Assembly: GCA_963733055.1 (NCBI GenBank) | Contig: CAVTBR010000003.1 | Coordinates: forward strand, 256,001 to 320,000 | Length of the DNA stretch: 64,000 bases | Direction: 5' to 3' | Origin: Candidatus Bathyarchaeota archaeon | GTDB taxonomy: Archaea > Thermoproteota > Bathyarchaeia > 40CM-2-53-6 | Shown: piece after piece, positions 1 through 9,816 of the stretch | How positions within the stretch are numbered: the first letter of the stretch is position 1 | Layout of the letters: each line of letters begins with the position of its first letter | Program-made: the position numbers and the translations under genes | The notes under the pieces: generated by a model | What the model saw: the letters and a program-made list of their open reading frames with translations, nothing else | What the model was told of the DNA's origin: nothing | Database searches by the model: none

Positions 1-1019
1 TTGCCGCGAGCAATCTGAATTAATGCCAGCGCGATTCCATATATCAGCATAGACGGCCACACCCACGAGAACGCGGTGTACACCAAGAGTGGAGCTGATA
101 CCAGACCGGGAAAACGTGACTCATTTGAGCGACCAGTTATCAGTGCAAGGATTACAACGTATGCCAACGTTGTCAGAGCAATAGCGTTTTCAGGGTACTC
201 AGTTCCATGCAGTTGAAGCACTGAGCCGAAAACGTCCAGAGCCTCAGGAACATATAGACCGGGCCTACCTTGAAACAACGCAATCGCGTCTGGCCGAAAG
301 ACAGTCAACCAAGTTAGAAGTGGTATGAATACAACAGCGATTGGTACGGTTGTGGCTAGTACCGCCGTCCATTCCCTCGCTCTCACTGCTCTTACGACCA
401 GAAACGGTAGAGCGATGAAGGCCAACAGCCGCATCAGACCCGCGACTATTAACGAAAATGCTGCCGCGCCGTACTTCTTTCTCTCAGCCAAAAATGCCGA
501 AAATACCACAAACATGAGCGGAATAGTGTCGACGTCATTCACATTACCAAGTATCAACGTAAGCGGATTGAATAGCCACGCTGAAACTGCGAAGTATATT
601 CTGTTCTTGCTAGCACCTGATTGAAGGAGCATTTTGTAAAATAATATGGCGATGACCGCGTCGGCGATTAGAGAGGGTAGTTTCATGATGAGAACGAAAA
701 GGATTGCACCAGGCGTGGGTTGGAAGTATGGGGGCACTCCATATGGAGGGAATGTTACGAAGCTTAACGGATCTGGGTGTGATATCGGCAAATGCAGCCA
801 AAGGGTGTAGAGTGCCGTAAACATGAATGGAGGGAGGGTGTAGATTCCGAGTATTTGGCCGGGTTGGTAATAGAAATTGATTCCAATGAGGTACCAGCTG
901 TGCCAATCCGGGGACAAGGGAGCAGCCACCGCATATGCAATGCGCACAACCATTCCGCCGACGAGGACAGCAAGTAGACGCGGATCGAATTCTCTTATGG
1001 TGGCAAAATTCATTCTCAT
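1..1019 (-). CDS. GT-C fold (GT87/PIG-M-like) membrane glycosyltransferase, runs off window end
   Basis: Not in the ORF track. Manual translation from ATG 1019 (ATGA overlap with the upstream stop): MRMNFATIREFDPRLLAVLVGG...LWLHLPISHPDP...MKLPSLIADAVIA...AWLFNPL...DVDTIP. Shares these motifs with the adjacent gene. Confidence 0.75.
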   Translation of the reverse strand, partial: MRMNFATIREFDPRLLAVLVGGMVVRIAYAVAAPLSPDWHSWYLIGINFYYQPGQILGIYTLPPFMFTALYTLWLHLPISHPDPLSFVTFPPYGVPPYFQPTPGAILFVLIMKLPSLIADAVIAILFYKMLLQSGASKNRIYFAVSAWLFNPLTLILGNVNDVDTIPLMFVVFSAFLAERKKYGAAAFSLIVAGLMRLLAFIALPFLVVRAVRAREWTAVLATTVPIAVVFIPLLTWLTVFRPDAIALFQGRPGLYVPEALDVFGSVLQLHGTEYPENAIALTTLAYVVILALITGRSNESRFPGLVSAPLLVYTAFSWVWPSMLIYGIALALIQIARG

Positions 1020-2266
1020 GCCGCCACCAGCGAATCCGCTGAATCGGCAGAGTCTCGATGGAGACTTTCAACTTTAGAAGACCACAACAAGAGCATCGAC
1101 AATAACATGAATCCCGTAAGCAAGGTGCGGAGTGTTGGTCTCAGAACTAAGTCGATGAACTGACTTGAAAGCAGAACGTTAGCCCATTCTGTACTTCGGT
1201 TGAAGAAGAGCAGACTCCACCCACTTGAAGTAGTAAATCCATCCGCGGTAAGGAACCCCAAAGTGAATGATGTGAGAAGAATCAAGATGAATAACGGAAG
1301 GGTCCTTTTGTGTTCTATGTTTGCGATTACGAAGAGAGGGATTAGCCAGAGTATGTATTCGACTTGGAAGTCTAGGAATGCTACGTATGCGAGGAGAGCG
1401 AAAAGAGCAATCGTCAGGGGCCGTCGGTATAGTTGGGGTCGAAATTCGTACGCTAGAAGATAGGAGATGACGACCGCGAAGGTTGCTAGCCCGATGAAGT
1501 CCGGCGTCACGGCTATACCATACAAGCTTTGAGTACCGAGTATAAACTCGGTCGTGGCCTGCGTGTAATAGGCCTCCGAGAACGGAAACTGAGACCAGAT
1601 TACGTAAGCGACGAGGCCCAACACAGCGAACACGGAGGAGATCAAGATTGCCACCCGCCTAGAGCCTGCAATTCGACTGGAATACAGAAGCGCGGGAATT
1701 GTGACGAGTGGGAACAGTTTCAGAGCGATCCCGGCGGCCACTGAAGCCGCGCCGAGAACATGTTTCCGCTTAATCACAAGCAGAAGACCAAGCATTATGG
1801 CTGCTACGGGAATCACGTCAACGGCTCCCATCATCTCGGTGACGAAGATCGCGTAAGGGTTTGCGAACCACAGCAGCGCAACGACGTATGGCCGACTCGT
1901 CATCGGCCACAAGAGTTTACCGAGCTTAAACAGGATGAACGCGATCAGCATGTCGGCTGCAATTAGTGGGAGTTTCACCAACAGTACGAGCAGTTGGAGA
2001 GAAAACGGAAGCAGAACTGCTCTATTTGTCAAAAAAGTTTCGAGGTCGGGATGATCAATTGGCAGGGAATACCACAGGCCGAGAGTTGCATTGTTGAATC
2101 TCCCCCAGGGGTTGCTTGAGTCAGGCGATCGAGAATAGCTCTGCACTTCGAGATAGTATACGACGGGCATACTGGGCGGGGTTGCCATAGCAAGAATCAC
2201 TTTGATGGCGACCAGAGCAACGAAGAGCACGACTATGAGCCTGGTTTTTCGCGGTAAAATCAACAA
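1016..2266 (-). CDS. GT-C fold (GT87/PIG-M-like) membrane glycosyltransferase
   Basis: 416-aa polytopic protein with VKLPLIAAD, WFANP, GAVDVIP, LKLFP and YILWLIP motifs typical of DUF2029/GT87-like enzymes. Confidence 0.7.
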   Translation of the reverse strand: MLILPRKTRLIVVLFVALVAIKVILAMATPPSMPVVYYLEVQSYSRSPDSSNPWGRFNNATLGLWYSLPIDHPDLETFLTNRAVLLPFSLQLLVLLVKLPLIAADMLIAFILFKLGKLLWPMTSRPYVVALLWFANPYAIFVTEMMGAVDVIPVAAIMLGLLLVIKRKHVLGAASVAAGIALKLFPLVTIPALLYSSRIAGSRRVAILISSVFAVLGLVAYVIWSQFPFSEAYYTQATTEFILGTQSLYGIAVTPDFIGLATFAVVISYLLAYEFRPQLYRRPLTIALFALLAYVAFLDFQVEYILWLIPLFVIANIEHKRTLPLFILILLTSFTLGFLTADGFTTSSGWSLLFFNRSTEWANVLLSSQFIDLVLRPTLRTLLTGFMLLSMLLLWSSKVESLHRDSADSADSLVAA

Positions 2267-2341
2267 GATCGCCTTCTAAATGCCGCTGAAAGTCGTCTTA
2301 GTTGTACGTATTTTAAACTAATGCGCAATAGGAGAGGCTAT

Positions 2342-2497
2342 CCGCCCGCCCAGGTGTTCCTCAGCACCTGCACCTGTTCGACCACCAAGCCGAAGGTGCG
2401 GCCGACCCATCTTCCAGGATATGTACCTGTTCCCGGCGGGATATGGTCATATCCCCTGTCGGCTGAATTCCAGAACGCGGGAGCGATTGGGACGGCA
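2342..2497. ncRNA. candidate structured non-coding RNA, family unknown
   Basis: GC-rich intergenic stretch with several hairpins (caggtg/cacctg, gggatat/atatccc, cagg/cctg, tcggccgc/gtggtcga on minus) and complementary ends; TTTTAAA about 25 nt upstream on +. Confidence 0.3.
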
Positions 2498-2538
2498 AAA
2501 CCTTTCTTGCAACAGGGTAGGTAATCGCGTCGATTGCA

Positions 2539-4221
2539 TTGCCTCGAGTCGCGATGGCTCAGATCAATTCTACCGTTGGGGATCTTGAAGGCAATTCTCA
2601 AATCATTCTTGAATATGCAAGGAAGGCTGCTGAAGCGGGCGCCGACCTTGTGGCATTTCCCGAGATGGCCATAACGGGTTATCCGCCGCTTGACCTTCTG
2701 CCTCCTCGAGAGACCCGCCCTCCAGGAGGTAAAAGGAAACCAGAGCAGGAGGATTTCGTTCGCCTCAACAAACAACACATGCTTGAGTTATCAAAGGAAA
2801 TTCGATCAATTACAGCCGTCGTGGGATTCGTTGATTACGACGAATCTAACCTATTCAACGCCGCGGCGGTGATCAATCAGGGCGAGCTGACGGCGGTTAT
2901 TCACAAGAGCCTGCTCCCAACGTATGACGTGTTCGACGAGCAACGTTACTTCACCCCCGCCTTTGTGAACGAACCGGTGACTGTCGAGATCCAAAGCCGA
3001 CAAGTGTCATTGGGAGTGTCGGTTTGTGAAGACCTCTGGGATGAGGAAGTGGGCTATGGGGTCAAGGTCGTTGATGCTCTCGCTGAGCGGGGTGCACGGA
3101 TGGTCGTGAACATTAACGCATCCCCGTTTCACGTCGGTATGCGCGAGACAAGATTGAATATTATGAGGCGAAAGGCAAGGCGTCTAGGCGTTCCGATCTT
3201 CTATGTGAACATGGTCGGTGGACAGGATGAGTTGGTTTTCGATGGGGAAAGCCTCGTCGTCGACGGCAGAGGTCGTCTGATAGGGGTTGGTAGGCAGTTC
3301 GAAGAAGACCTTGTCATAGTCGAAATTCCCACAGACCGCGAACCCATCGAGCTTCAACCACCGGCACGAGTGGCTGAGCAGGAAATGTTCGATGCACTGG
3401 TGCTTGGCGTAAGAGACTATTTCCGAAAGACCGGGTTCGGCACCGCGTATACTGGGCTCAGCGGCGGTATTGACTCGTCACTCGTAGCTGTGATCGCTGT
3501 TACGGCGTTAGGTAATGAGAACGTAACCGGTGTTTCAATGCCCTCACGCTACTCCAGTAGCCACAGCAAGAACGACGTGCGGGTGCTTGCCGAAAATCTA
3601 GGAATAGAGTTTCTCACGATACCCATCGAACCGATATTCGCTGCCTACCTTGGCCAATTGAGGGAGCCGTTCAAAGACCGCGCTCCTGACGTGACCGAAG
3701 AAAATCTCCAGTCACGGATTAGGGGGACTCTGTTGATGGGTCTGTCCAACAAATTTGGCGGGCTCGTCTTGGCTACCGGAAACAAGACTGAGCTTGCGCT
3801 AGGCTATGCGACATTGTATGGCGATATGAGCGGCGGCCTCGAAGTAATCGGCGACGTGAGCAAGATCGAAGTTTACGCGCTAGCACGATACTACAACGAG
3901 AAGAGCGACCGTGCAGTGATCCCTGAAAATTGCTTTAGCAAGACTCCATCTGCAGAACTGAAACCCGACCAGTTTGACCCATTCGACTATTCGGCAGTAT
4001 CGCCGCTCGCCGACGACATTATCGAGAACCGACTATCCAGAGGTGAATTGATCAAGAAAGGCTACGATGAGAAGGTGGTCGATGACTGCTTGCGCAGAGT
4101 CAGATTAGCCGAATACAAACGGCGTCAAGCTCCACCGGTCATTAAGATAACTAAGAAGGCGTTCGGCTTAGGATGGAAGATGCCGATCGTGAACAAACTT
4201 CCAGTGGACAAGCCTGTTTAA
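2539..4221 (+). CDS. nadE: glutamine-dependent NAD+ synthetase
   Basis: N-terminal nitrilase domain with E-K-C triad (FPE, HKSLLPTY, VCEDLW); synthetase domain with SGGIDS, ENLQSRIRG, GNKTE, EYKRRQ. Confidence 0.96.
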   Translation: MPRVAMAQINSTVGDLEGNSQIILEYARKAAEAGADLVAFPEMAITGYPPLDLLPPRETRPPGGKRKPEQEDFVRLNKQHMLELSKEIRSITAVVGFVDYDESNLFNAAAVINQGELTAVIHKSLLPTYDVFDEQRYFTPAFVNEPVTVEIQSRQVSLGVSVCEDLWDEEVGYGVKVVDALAERGARMVVNINASPFHVGMRETRLNIMRRKARRLGVPIFYVNMVGGQDELVFDGESLVVDGRGRLIGVGRQFEEDLVIVEIPTDREPIELQPPARVAEQEMFDALVLGVRDYFRKTGFGTAYTGLSGGIDSSLVAVIAVTALGNENVTGVSMPSRYSSSHSKNDVRVLAENLGIEFLTIPIEPIFAAYLGQLREPFKDRAPDVTEENLQSRIRGTLLMGLSNKFGGLVLATGNKTELALGYATLYGDMSGGLEVIGDVSKIEVYALARYYNEKSDRAVIPENCFSKTPSAELKPDQFDPFDYSAVSPLADDIIENRLSRGELIKKGYDEKVVDDCLRRVRLAEYKRRQAPPVIKITKKAFGLGWKMPIVNKLPVDKPV

Positions 4222-4223
4222 TC

Positions 4224-4261
4224 AAGAAATAAGAAAGAAAGGGTGAGAGCGTTTCGCTCTC
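4224..4261 (-). terminator. hairpin plus U-tract terminator
   Basis: gagagcg-aaa-cgctctc followed by ctttctttcttatttctt on the minus strand, after the 4286 gene. Confidence 0.55.
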
Positions 4262-4285
4262 CAGACGATTAGGCTCTTACAGGTT

Positions 4286-5023
4286 TCAGCGGTGGTCGTG
4301 CGAGTACCACTCGTAGCAGCTTACGTAGTAGTAATTTCCGTTGTAGTAAACGATGGCTTGGCCGTTGTAGCAGCCGCTAACTTGCTGGTAGCTCGGATAG
4401 TACGAGTAATAGTATGATGGATAATAGTAGTAGTAATACCCGTTGGAGTAGTAATAGTACATCGGATAACCATTGTAGTAAGACGGGTAAGATTGGTAAT
4501 AGTTAGACGGGTAGGAGGGGTAAGTCGGCGAATTATTGTACGGGTATGAGGGAGTTGAGTAGCTGTTCGAGTGTATTGTTACCGTTTGCGAAGTAGAGCC
4601 CACAGCTGAGCCATACTGTCCGTTGTTGTAGTTGTTGTAGACCGTGATTGATATTTGCAGGGTATGTTCCACCACCGATGATGGAAGCGTGAACACTAGT
4701 TGGCCGCCATTGTAACCGCCGTTCGCGTTGACTACGCCGCTCGCGGAGCCTACGTTCGTGTTAGCTACTGTATCGTACGCGTTGCCAACCGCCCATAGTG
4801 ATCCGCCCGCATTCTGACAGCTTGCTGAGATTGGTAATGTCAGCTGTATGTTCCAGGAACTAGAGGAACCATATGAGTTCGATCCATTGTTCTGTGTTGT
4901 TGCGCTCGCAGAACCAACTTGCAATGAGCAATATGACTGAGCGAAGACTGAGCCGCTTGCACCTAAGGCAGCTAATGGGAGAAGAAGAGCCAATGCTAGG
5001 AGTACACCATATCGCGTTTTCAA
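4286..5023 (-). CDS. secreted protein with Tyr/Ser/Pro-rich C-terminal tail
   Basis: Signal peptide (TTG-KTRYGVLLALALLL...VFA-QS), beta-rich domain, then YPSY repeats and YYYYYY runs; start moved to TTG 5023. Confidence 0.7.
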   Translation of the reverse strand: MKTRYGVLLALALLLPLAALGASGSVFAQSYCSLQVGSASATTQNNGSNSYGSSSSWNIQLTLPISASCQNAGGSLWAVGNAYDTVANTNVGSASGVVNANGGYNGGQLVFTLPSSVVEHTLQISITVYNNYNNGQYGSAVGSTSQTVTIHSNSYSTPSYPYNNSPTYPSYPSNYYQSYPSYYNGYPMYYYYSNGYYYYYYPSYYYSYYPSYQQVSGCYNGQAIVYYNGNYYYVSCYEWYSHDHR

Positions 5024-5190
5024 GATTCGCTTTGTCACCTCACGGGCGCTACTCCAAGTAGCATCCCGTAATGCGCGCTTCATACGGGCGGTTAAACGTC
5101 GTTCCACCAGTTCCACCTCTAGTCAGTATTGTCGCTGAGGTAGAAGGAGCTTGCGCGACAACGACTCTCATAATCACCGAATGGCGACCG

Positions 5191-6036
5191 CTACAAGAGT
5201 CTCGCTGCGATCATTTGGATTCTACGACTTTGTTCTCTCATGACGAATTCTCTAAGAGGTGGGTCGAATGGGGAAATGAACGGGTCCTCTGACCCTATTT
5301 GTGACTGAACGTACCCTCGCAGCATGTTGACTGAACCTTTTACTCCAATCGATCTGACCAGGGCGTTCTTTGAGATTCGGCCTAACGCATAGAGGGGATG
5401 GTAGCCGAGGGTACCCATGGCCGCACCCCAATACGCAAACTGGTGGGTAGTCCCTCTCGGGCGAACATGTTGGTATTGTAGATCGTTGAAAGGCCGAGTC
5501 TCCAGGCCCTTCATCGCGGCGGTGTACAACAGCCAAGTTTCCCACCCTGCCCTGACCGGATACTGACCGCCCACATCGACCCAGAAACTGCTCTTGATCA
5601 TTCGGCCGCTCCCTGAAACCGCGTGTTCCCGAGTACGGGCACCAGCGGATGAGGGTAGGCCACTGGCGACAACGAGTCGCTCGTTTGATTGCATCCTTGA
5701 AATTAGCGCTTCGGCGTAACTGGTGGGATAGGAGCAATCGTCTCCGCTTATCATGAAGAAGCCTGTTCGGAGGCCGGTTTCGGCGTTTTGTTTCCATGCT
5801 AAGTTGATGTTGGATGGGACGCGCCTGATGTCGTATCCCCTGTTCGGCAAGGTCAACATGTTAATCGTATTATAACGCTCTTTGTAGTTCAGGGCAATTC
5901 GTCCGGTTCCGTCCGTCGAGCCGTCATCAACGACAATTACGCGCTCGGGTGAAATGGTCTGTCGCAGCAGTGAATCGAGAGTAGGGGGAAGGTGTTGGTT
6001 GGCGTTTCTGGCGACTACGATGACCCAGTAGCTCAA
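5191..6036 (-). CDS. family 2 glycosyltransferase
   Basis: IVVARN...VIVVDDGSTDGT, GDD metal-binding motif, GWET. Confidence 0.88.
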   Translation of the reverse strand: MSYWVIVVARNANQHLPPTLDSLLRQTISPERVIVVDDGSTDGTGRIALNYKERYNTINMLTLPNRGYDIRRVPSNINLAWKQNAETGLRTGFFMISGDDCSYPTSYAEALISRMQSNERLVVASGLPSSAGARTREHAVSGSGRMIKSSFWVDVGGQYPVRAGWETWLLYTAAMKGLETRPFNDLQYQHVRPRGTTHQFAYWGAAMGTLGYHPLYALGRISKNALVRSIGVKGSVNMLRGYVQSQIGSEDPFISPFDPPLREFVMREQSRRIQMIAARLL

Positions 6037-6039
6037 ACC

Positions 6040-7914
6040 CTAAGCCACCAACGCCTCAACCTGAAGCTTGGCGGCATCGACATGCTCGCTTTCAATGAAG
6101 ATTTTGTGCCAGAAATGAAAGCCCAGTAGTTGCCAGAGAAGGACTTGCAATCGCCGATCCCTGACCGTCCCAGTCGTCTCCTCGATGATATGCTGGACCG
6201 TTTTCGTTTTGAAGTATCTGGGGAGGACATCTGAATCGGGTAGGATTTGGCGAATCAGTTCTCCTAATTCCCCGTTATACCATGCGCGTACGTCCACGCT
6301 GAATCCCCATTTTGGTTTGCGCATACTCTCCTCAGGAAGCACCTTCCGGACAACTTTCCTTAACAGCAATTTACCAAATGTCCCGGGGGCAAATTTCAGC
6401 TTCCAAGGGATCGCAGTCATTAGATCCACGATTCTGTTATCCAGTAGGGGAACTCTAAGTTCAAGTGAACTTGCCATACTCATTGAATCGTCGACCGCCA
6501 GCAGATCATCGACCAGCTTCGTGCGCAGCTCGGCATTCATAACGCCCTGAACGAAATCGACCCCTTCAAAGAACGATGCGTAATGCTCCTCTAGATTGGG
6601 GACTGAATCCCTTTCCTTGAATAACTTCTCGTCAAAAGAATCGGGAAGTGTTCCCGCCAGAATCAAGTATTCGCCCGCATTATCGCCGAGCGATTGTAGA
6701 ACCCTGAAACGGTTTTGTGTCTTGATGCCTAGCGGTATCGCCTGTATGAGACGGCTTGGCACTCTTAACGCCCCTCCAATTCCTTTTCTAGAAAGTTCTT
6801 GGATTCTCAGGGCATTCTGGTACCTGGAGTAGTACCCGCCGAAGACTTCGTCTCCCCCGTTTCCGCTCAGGCACACTTTCACGTATTTGTGGACCAGTTC
6901 GCACACGAACCATGGGTATAGATTGTATTTGGGTGCTTCCATGTGCCAAATCATTTTTGGATACAGTTTCATGGCCTGCGAGCTGTCGACTGTGATTTCA
7001 TGGTGGTCTGTTCCGAAATGTTCCGCGATCAGTCTCGCGTCCCTGAACTCGTCGGTTTCTTCTCCGAAGCCCATGCAGAAAGTCTTCAACGGTTCACGTG
7101 ATGCCTTTGCGGCATAAGCAACCAGCGCGGAAGTGTCCAATCCCCCGGAGAGGAAACAGCCAACGGGCACATCCGCGACGAGCTGGTCGCGCACAGATTC
7201 TGCGAGTGCGATTTGAAGCTCCTCCACCAACTGATCTTCATTGGCTGAAGCTTCGATTGATGGAATTGTCCAGTAGTGCTCAATCCTGACCGACTTGTTT
7301 TGGTAGACGAGATAACTGGACGGGGGCAGTTTTCGTATGCCTTGAAGTAGTGTCCGATCCCCTGGTATGTATCCTAGATTGAGGATTGTGTACAGAGACT
7401 GACGGTCTACCGTTCGATCAACGGGGGCTTGCAGAATGGCTTTCATTTCAGAGGCGAAGAGCAACACCTCGCTCTTGAGAAGGTAGTAAAGTGGCTTGAT
7501 GCCCATACGGTCCCGTGCAAGGATCAGCATGTTCTTGGTTGAATCCCACAACGCGATTGCGAACATGCCATTGAGTTTACTTACGAAAGACTCTCCGTAC
7601 TGCTCGTAACCGTGGACAATCACCTCCGTATCTGATTGGGTTCTGAATTCGTGACCTAACTGCTGGAGTTCCAGCCGTAGCTGGCGGTAGTTGTAGATTT
7701 CACCGTTGTAGGTTACATGCACGGTTCCGTTCTCGTTGTGGATAGGTTGGTGTCCGCCCTCGATGTCGATTATGCTTAGGCGGGCGTTAGCCAGTCCAAC
7801 GCTACTGTCCAGGTAGAAGCCAGTATCGTCTGGCCCACGATGGTGTAGGACTTCGATCATGCGGCGGAGAAGAGCCTCATCGTTGAGGCCGGAAAAGCCA
7901 GCTATGCCACACGT
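6040..7914 (-). CDS. asnB: asparagine synthase (glutamine-hydrolysing) family amidotransferase
   Basis: HRGPD, RLSIID, NGEIYN, RDRMGIKPLY, LSGGLD. The in-frame N-terminus extends to ACG-TGT-GGC-ATA-GCT-GGC (x-CGIAG) at 7914, with AGGAGG 8 nt upstream. Confidence 0.92.
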   Translation of the reverse strand, partial: TCGIAGFSGLNDEALLRRMIEVLHHRGPDDTGFYLDSSVGLANARLSIIDIEGGHQPIHNENGTVHVTYNGEIYNYRQLRLELQQLGHEFRTQSDTEVIVHGYEQYGESFVSKLNGMFAIALWDSTKNMLILARDRMGIKPLYYLLKSEVLLFASEMKAILQAPVDRTVDRQSLYTILNLGYIPGDRTLLQGIRKLPPSSYLVYQNKSVRIEHYWTIPSIEASANEDQLVEELQIALAESVRDQLVADVPVGCFLSGGLDTSALVAYAAKASREPLKTFCMGFGEETDEFRDARLIAEHFGTDHHEITVDSSQAMKLYPKMIWHMEAPKYNLYPWFVCELVHKYVKVCLSGNGGDEVFGGYYSRYQNALRIQELSRKGIGGALRVPSRLIQAIPLGIKTQNRFRVLQSLGDNAGEYLILAGTLPDSFDEKLFKERDSVPNLEEHYASFFEGVDFVQGVMNAELRTKLVDDLLAVDDSMSMASSLELRVPLLDNRIVDLMTAIPWKLKFAPGTFGKLLLRKVVRKVLPEESMRKPKWGFSVDVRAWYNGELGELIRQILPDSDVLPRYFKTKTVQHIIEETTGTVRDRRLQVLLWQLLGFHFWHKIFIESEHVDAAKLQVEALVA

Positions 7915-8129
7915 GGGTATTGCCTCCTTAGACAGGTTTGAGTCTTTGAGAGGGTGTGGGCTTTATCAAATTCTTGGTTCCGTGAACAGCAGTCTGAGAT
8001 ACCGTATTCGTTGCTAAGAGACAGTATTGGCTGGGAAATCAGCGAGTATCCATGAGGATCACTCGTAGAATCAGCCTCAACTCTCTGGGCGTCCCTTGTT
8101 TCTCTCCGGTTTAGCCTGCAAGGATCAAT

Positions 8130-9710
8130 CTATCGAGCTATGACCCTTGCTGGCGACGCTTTCGCCTCAGCTGCTTTCAGCAATGCTTTCGTTCGGAAGA
8201 CGGGCCTGTAGACGGGTCCGTAGATTATCAGGCCGGATTTGCCTTCATCATCTAACCGTCTGATGACCGTTTCGAGTTCCATTCCCGGTTTCAGTTCGCT
8301 CGCCATCGCGTCGACTATGAGCACTTTCCCTTGTTTCAGAAGTTCGAAGTTCGATTCGAATCGTTCTCGCATTGTGGGTTTGTCGATGGAGAGGAGTCGT
8401 GCGTTGAGCGGCATCGTATGCTGTTCGACTGGTCCCTTGCAATCAAATTCTAAGCACCTGTCTCTCGTTGGATAGAACACGCGGCCGCAGCCATTGCAGA
8501 GAGTATAGGTTATGGAGTTGCCGTTGTATGGTTCGACTTCGGCGATTATTCGTGGTATTTCTAATTTGCTCCTTATCGAGTGTTGCTTGAACCGGATTAA
8601 CCTGCGGTACGACTCTAAGCTGATGTCGCGCCTCCTATTCAGATAGTCCTTGACGCTGGGAGTTCTACCCCTCTTCCTCAGGATTGCATCCTCAACGTGC
8701 AACCACGTCGCGATAGTATACGCGCCTGAACCGTAAGACACAGCTAGAACATCTTCCCCGGGCTTAGCGTGGTCAAGGATGTCGCAGGTCGCGATTAGCG
8801 TGGAAGCCGCGTATGTGTTCCCCGTATCGAGCACCCTGAGCCAGGGTCGTATTCTTTCCTCAATGAATTCAGGCGTCAACCTGATGCGATCTTCAAGTTC
8901 CGGGTAGTCGAGTATGGGGATCTTTTCTTGTGCTAGAGTCTTGCATGTTTTCATAGGCATGTATCCGGATGGTTGATGGAAGGTGACGTAATCGAAGTCT
9001 TGCAGCGAAATTTCTGGGTGTTTCATGAGCAAGCCTTCGATGGCCCCAATCACATGTTTGATGTACGCCTCAACCGTGGTTCTACCGAAGTGGCTCGGGA
9101 CATGAACTCCATCCCTTCGCCAGAAGTCAAGTGTTAAGCTCGAATAAGCGGCGGTGTCCTCGATCGTGGCTACTCGATCAGCACTGCCGAGAAGAAATGC
9201 ACCCGCCCCAGCGCCACACGCGTACTCTAATGGGTCGCCTACTGGGGCTTGAGCGACATCGGAGCCAACTGCTAGCCCATACTTGATTCTGCCGCTCAGG
9301 ATTTGACTTTCCACAAATGAGGTCGATTGCATGCCAGAGTTGCAAGCCCCTTCTAGGTCTGCGATGTATACGCGGTTCCCCATTCCAAGGAATGATGCAA
9401 CATGGCGTGCTATCGTGCCCACTGCGTAGGGTTTCGATTCGGACCCGACGGCCACGGTTTCAATCTCGCTTGGATCTACTCCGGCCATATCTACTGCGTT
9501 CTGCGCGGCTTCAGTTGCAATCGTGATCGAGTCTTCCGATATGCCCGCCACCGATTTGTCGCGAAGGAGGAGACCATTCTTTACTTTCTCAAGAAATTCA
9601 GGGAGGTCTTCTCGCTTGCCCTCCCTTTCCCTAACGATGAGTTCGCTTTGGATACGTTGCAGGGGAACGTAAGCGCCGTATCCTACTATTCCGACCCTGT
9701 CGTTCGCCAT
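8130..9710 (-). CDS. hydroxymethylglutaryl-CoA synthase fused to a C-terminal DUF35 (Zn-ribbon/OB-fold) domain
   Basis: GSESKPY, EGACNSG (catalytic Cys), DFWRR, FHQP, GNTY, SYGSG; C-terminal CNGCGRVFYPTRDRC...C and GMELETVIRRL...GLIIYGPVYRP. Confidence 0.88.
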   Translation of the reverse strand: MANDRVGIVGYGAYVPLQRIQSELIVREREGKREDLPEFLEKVKNGLLLRDKSVAGISEDSITIATEAAQNAVDMAGVDPSEIETVAVGSESKPYAVGTIARHVASFLGMGNRVYIADLEGACNSGMQSTSFVESQILSGRIKYGLAVGSDVAQAPVGDPLEYACGAGAGAFLLGSADRVATIEDTAAYSSLTLDFWRRDGVHVPSHFGRTTVEAYIKHVIGAIEGLLMKHPEISLQDFDYVTFHQPSGYMPMKTCKTLAQEKIPILDYPELEDRIRLTPEFIEERIRPWLRVLDTGNTYAASTLIATCDILDHAKPGEDVLAVSYGSGAYTIATWLHVEDAILRKRGRTPSVKDYLNRRRDISLESYRRLIRFKQHSIRSKLEIPRIIAEVEPYNGNSITYTLCNGCGRVFYPTRDRCLEFDCKGPVEQHTMPLNARLLSIDKPTMRERFESNFELLKQGKVLIVDAMASELKPGMELETVIRRLDDEGKSGLIIYGPVYRPVFRTKALLKAAEAKASPARVIAR

Positions 9711-9816
9711 GGAAAACTCCTCTAGTTGCGAGGGTTAAAAGTATGGTAGCCGGATGGCGTCCGTATTTAAGAGGACATTGCCAAGGTCAAATTGAAGTGC
9801 AACATCCTCAAGACCT

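Noticed and set aside
610-1071. 153-aa minus-strand ORF in the track
   Set aside because: Wrong frame; the overlapping frame from ATG 1019 gives a clear GT-C paralogue
2342-2497. RNase P RNA, SRP RNA or tRNA identity
   Set aside because: GCTGAGGAA is present on the minus strand, but there is no P4 partner, SRP helix-8 motif or T-loop/acceptor stem
4320-4560. CRISPR or tandem DNA repeat
   Set aside because: The gta/gtagta periodicity is explained by Tyr codons; there is no repeat-spacer structure
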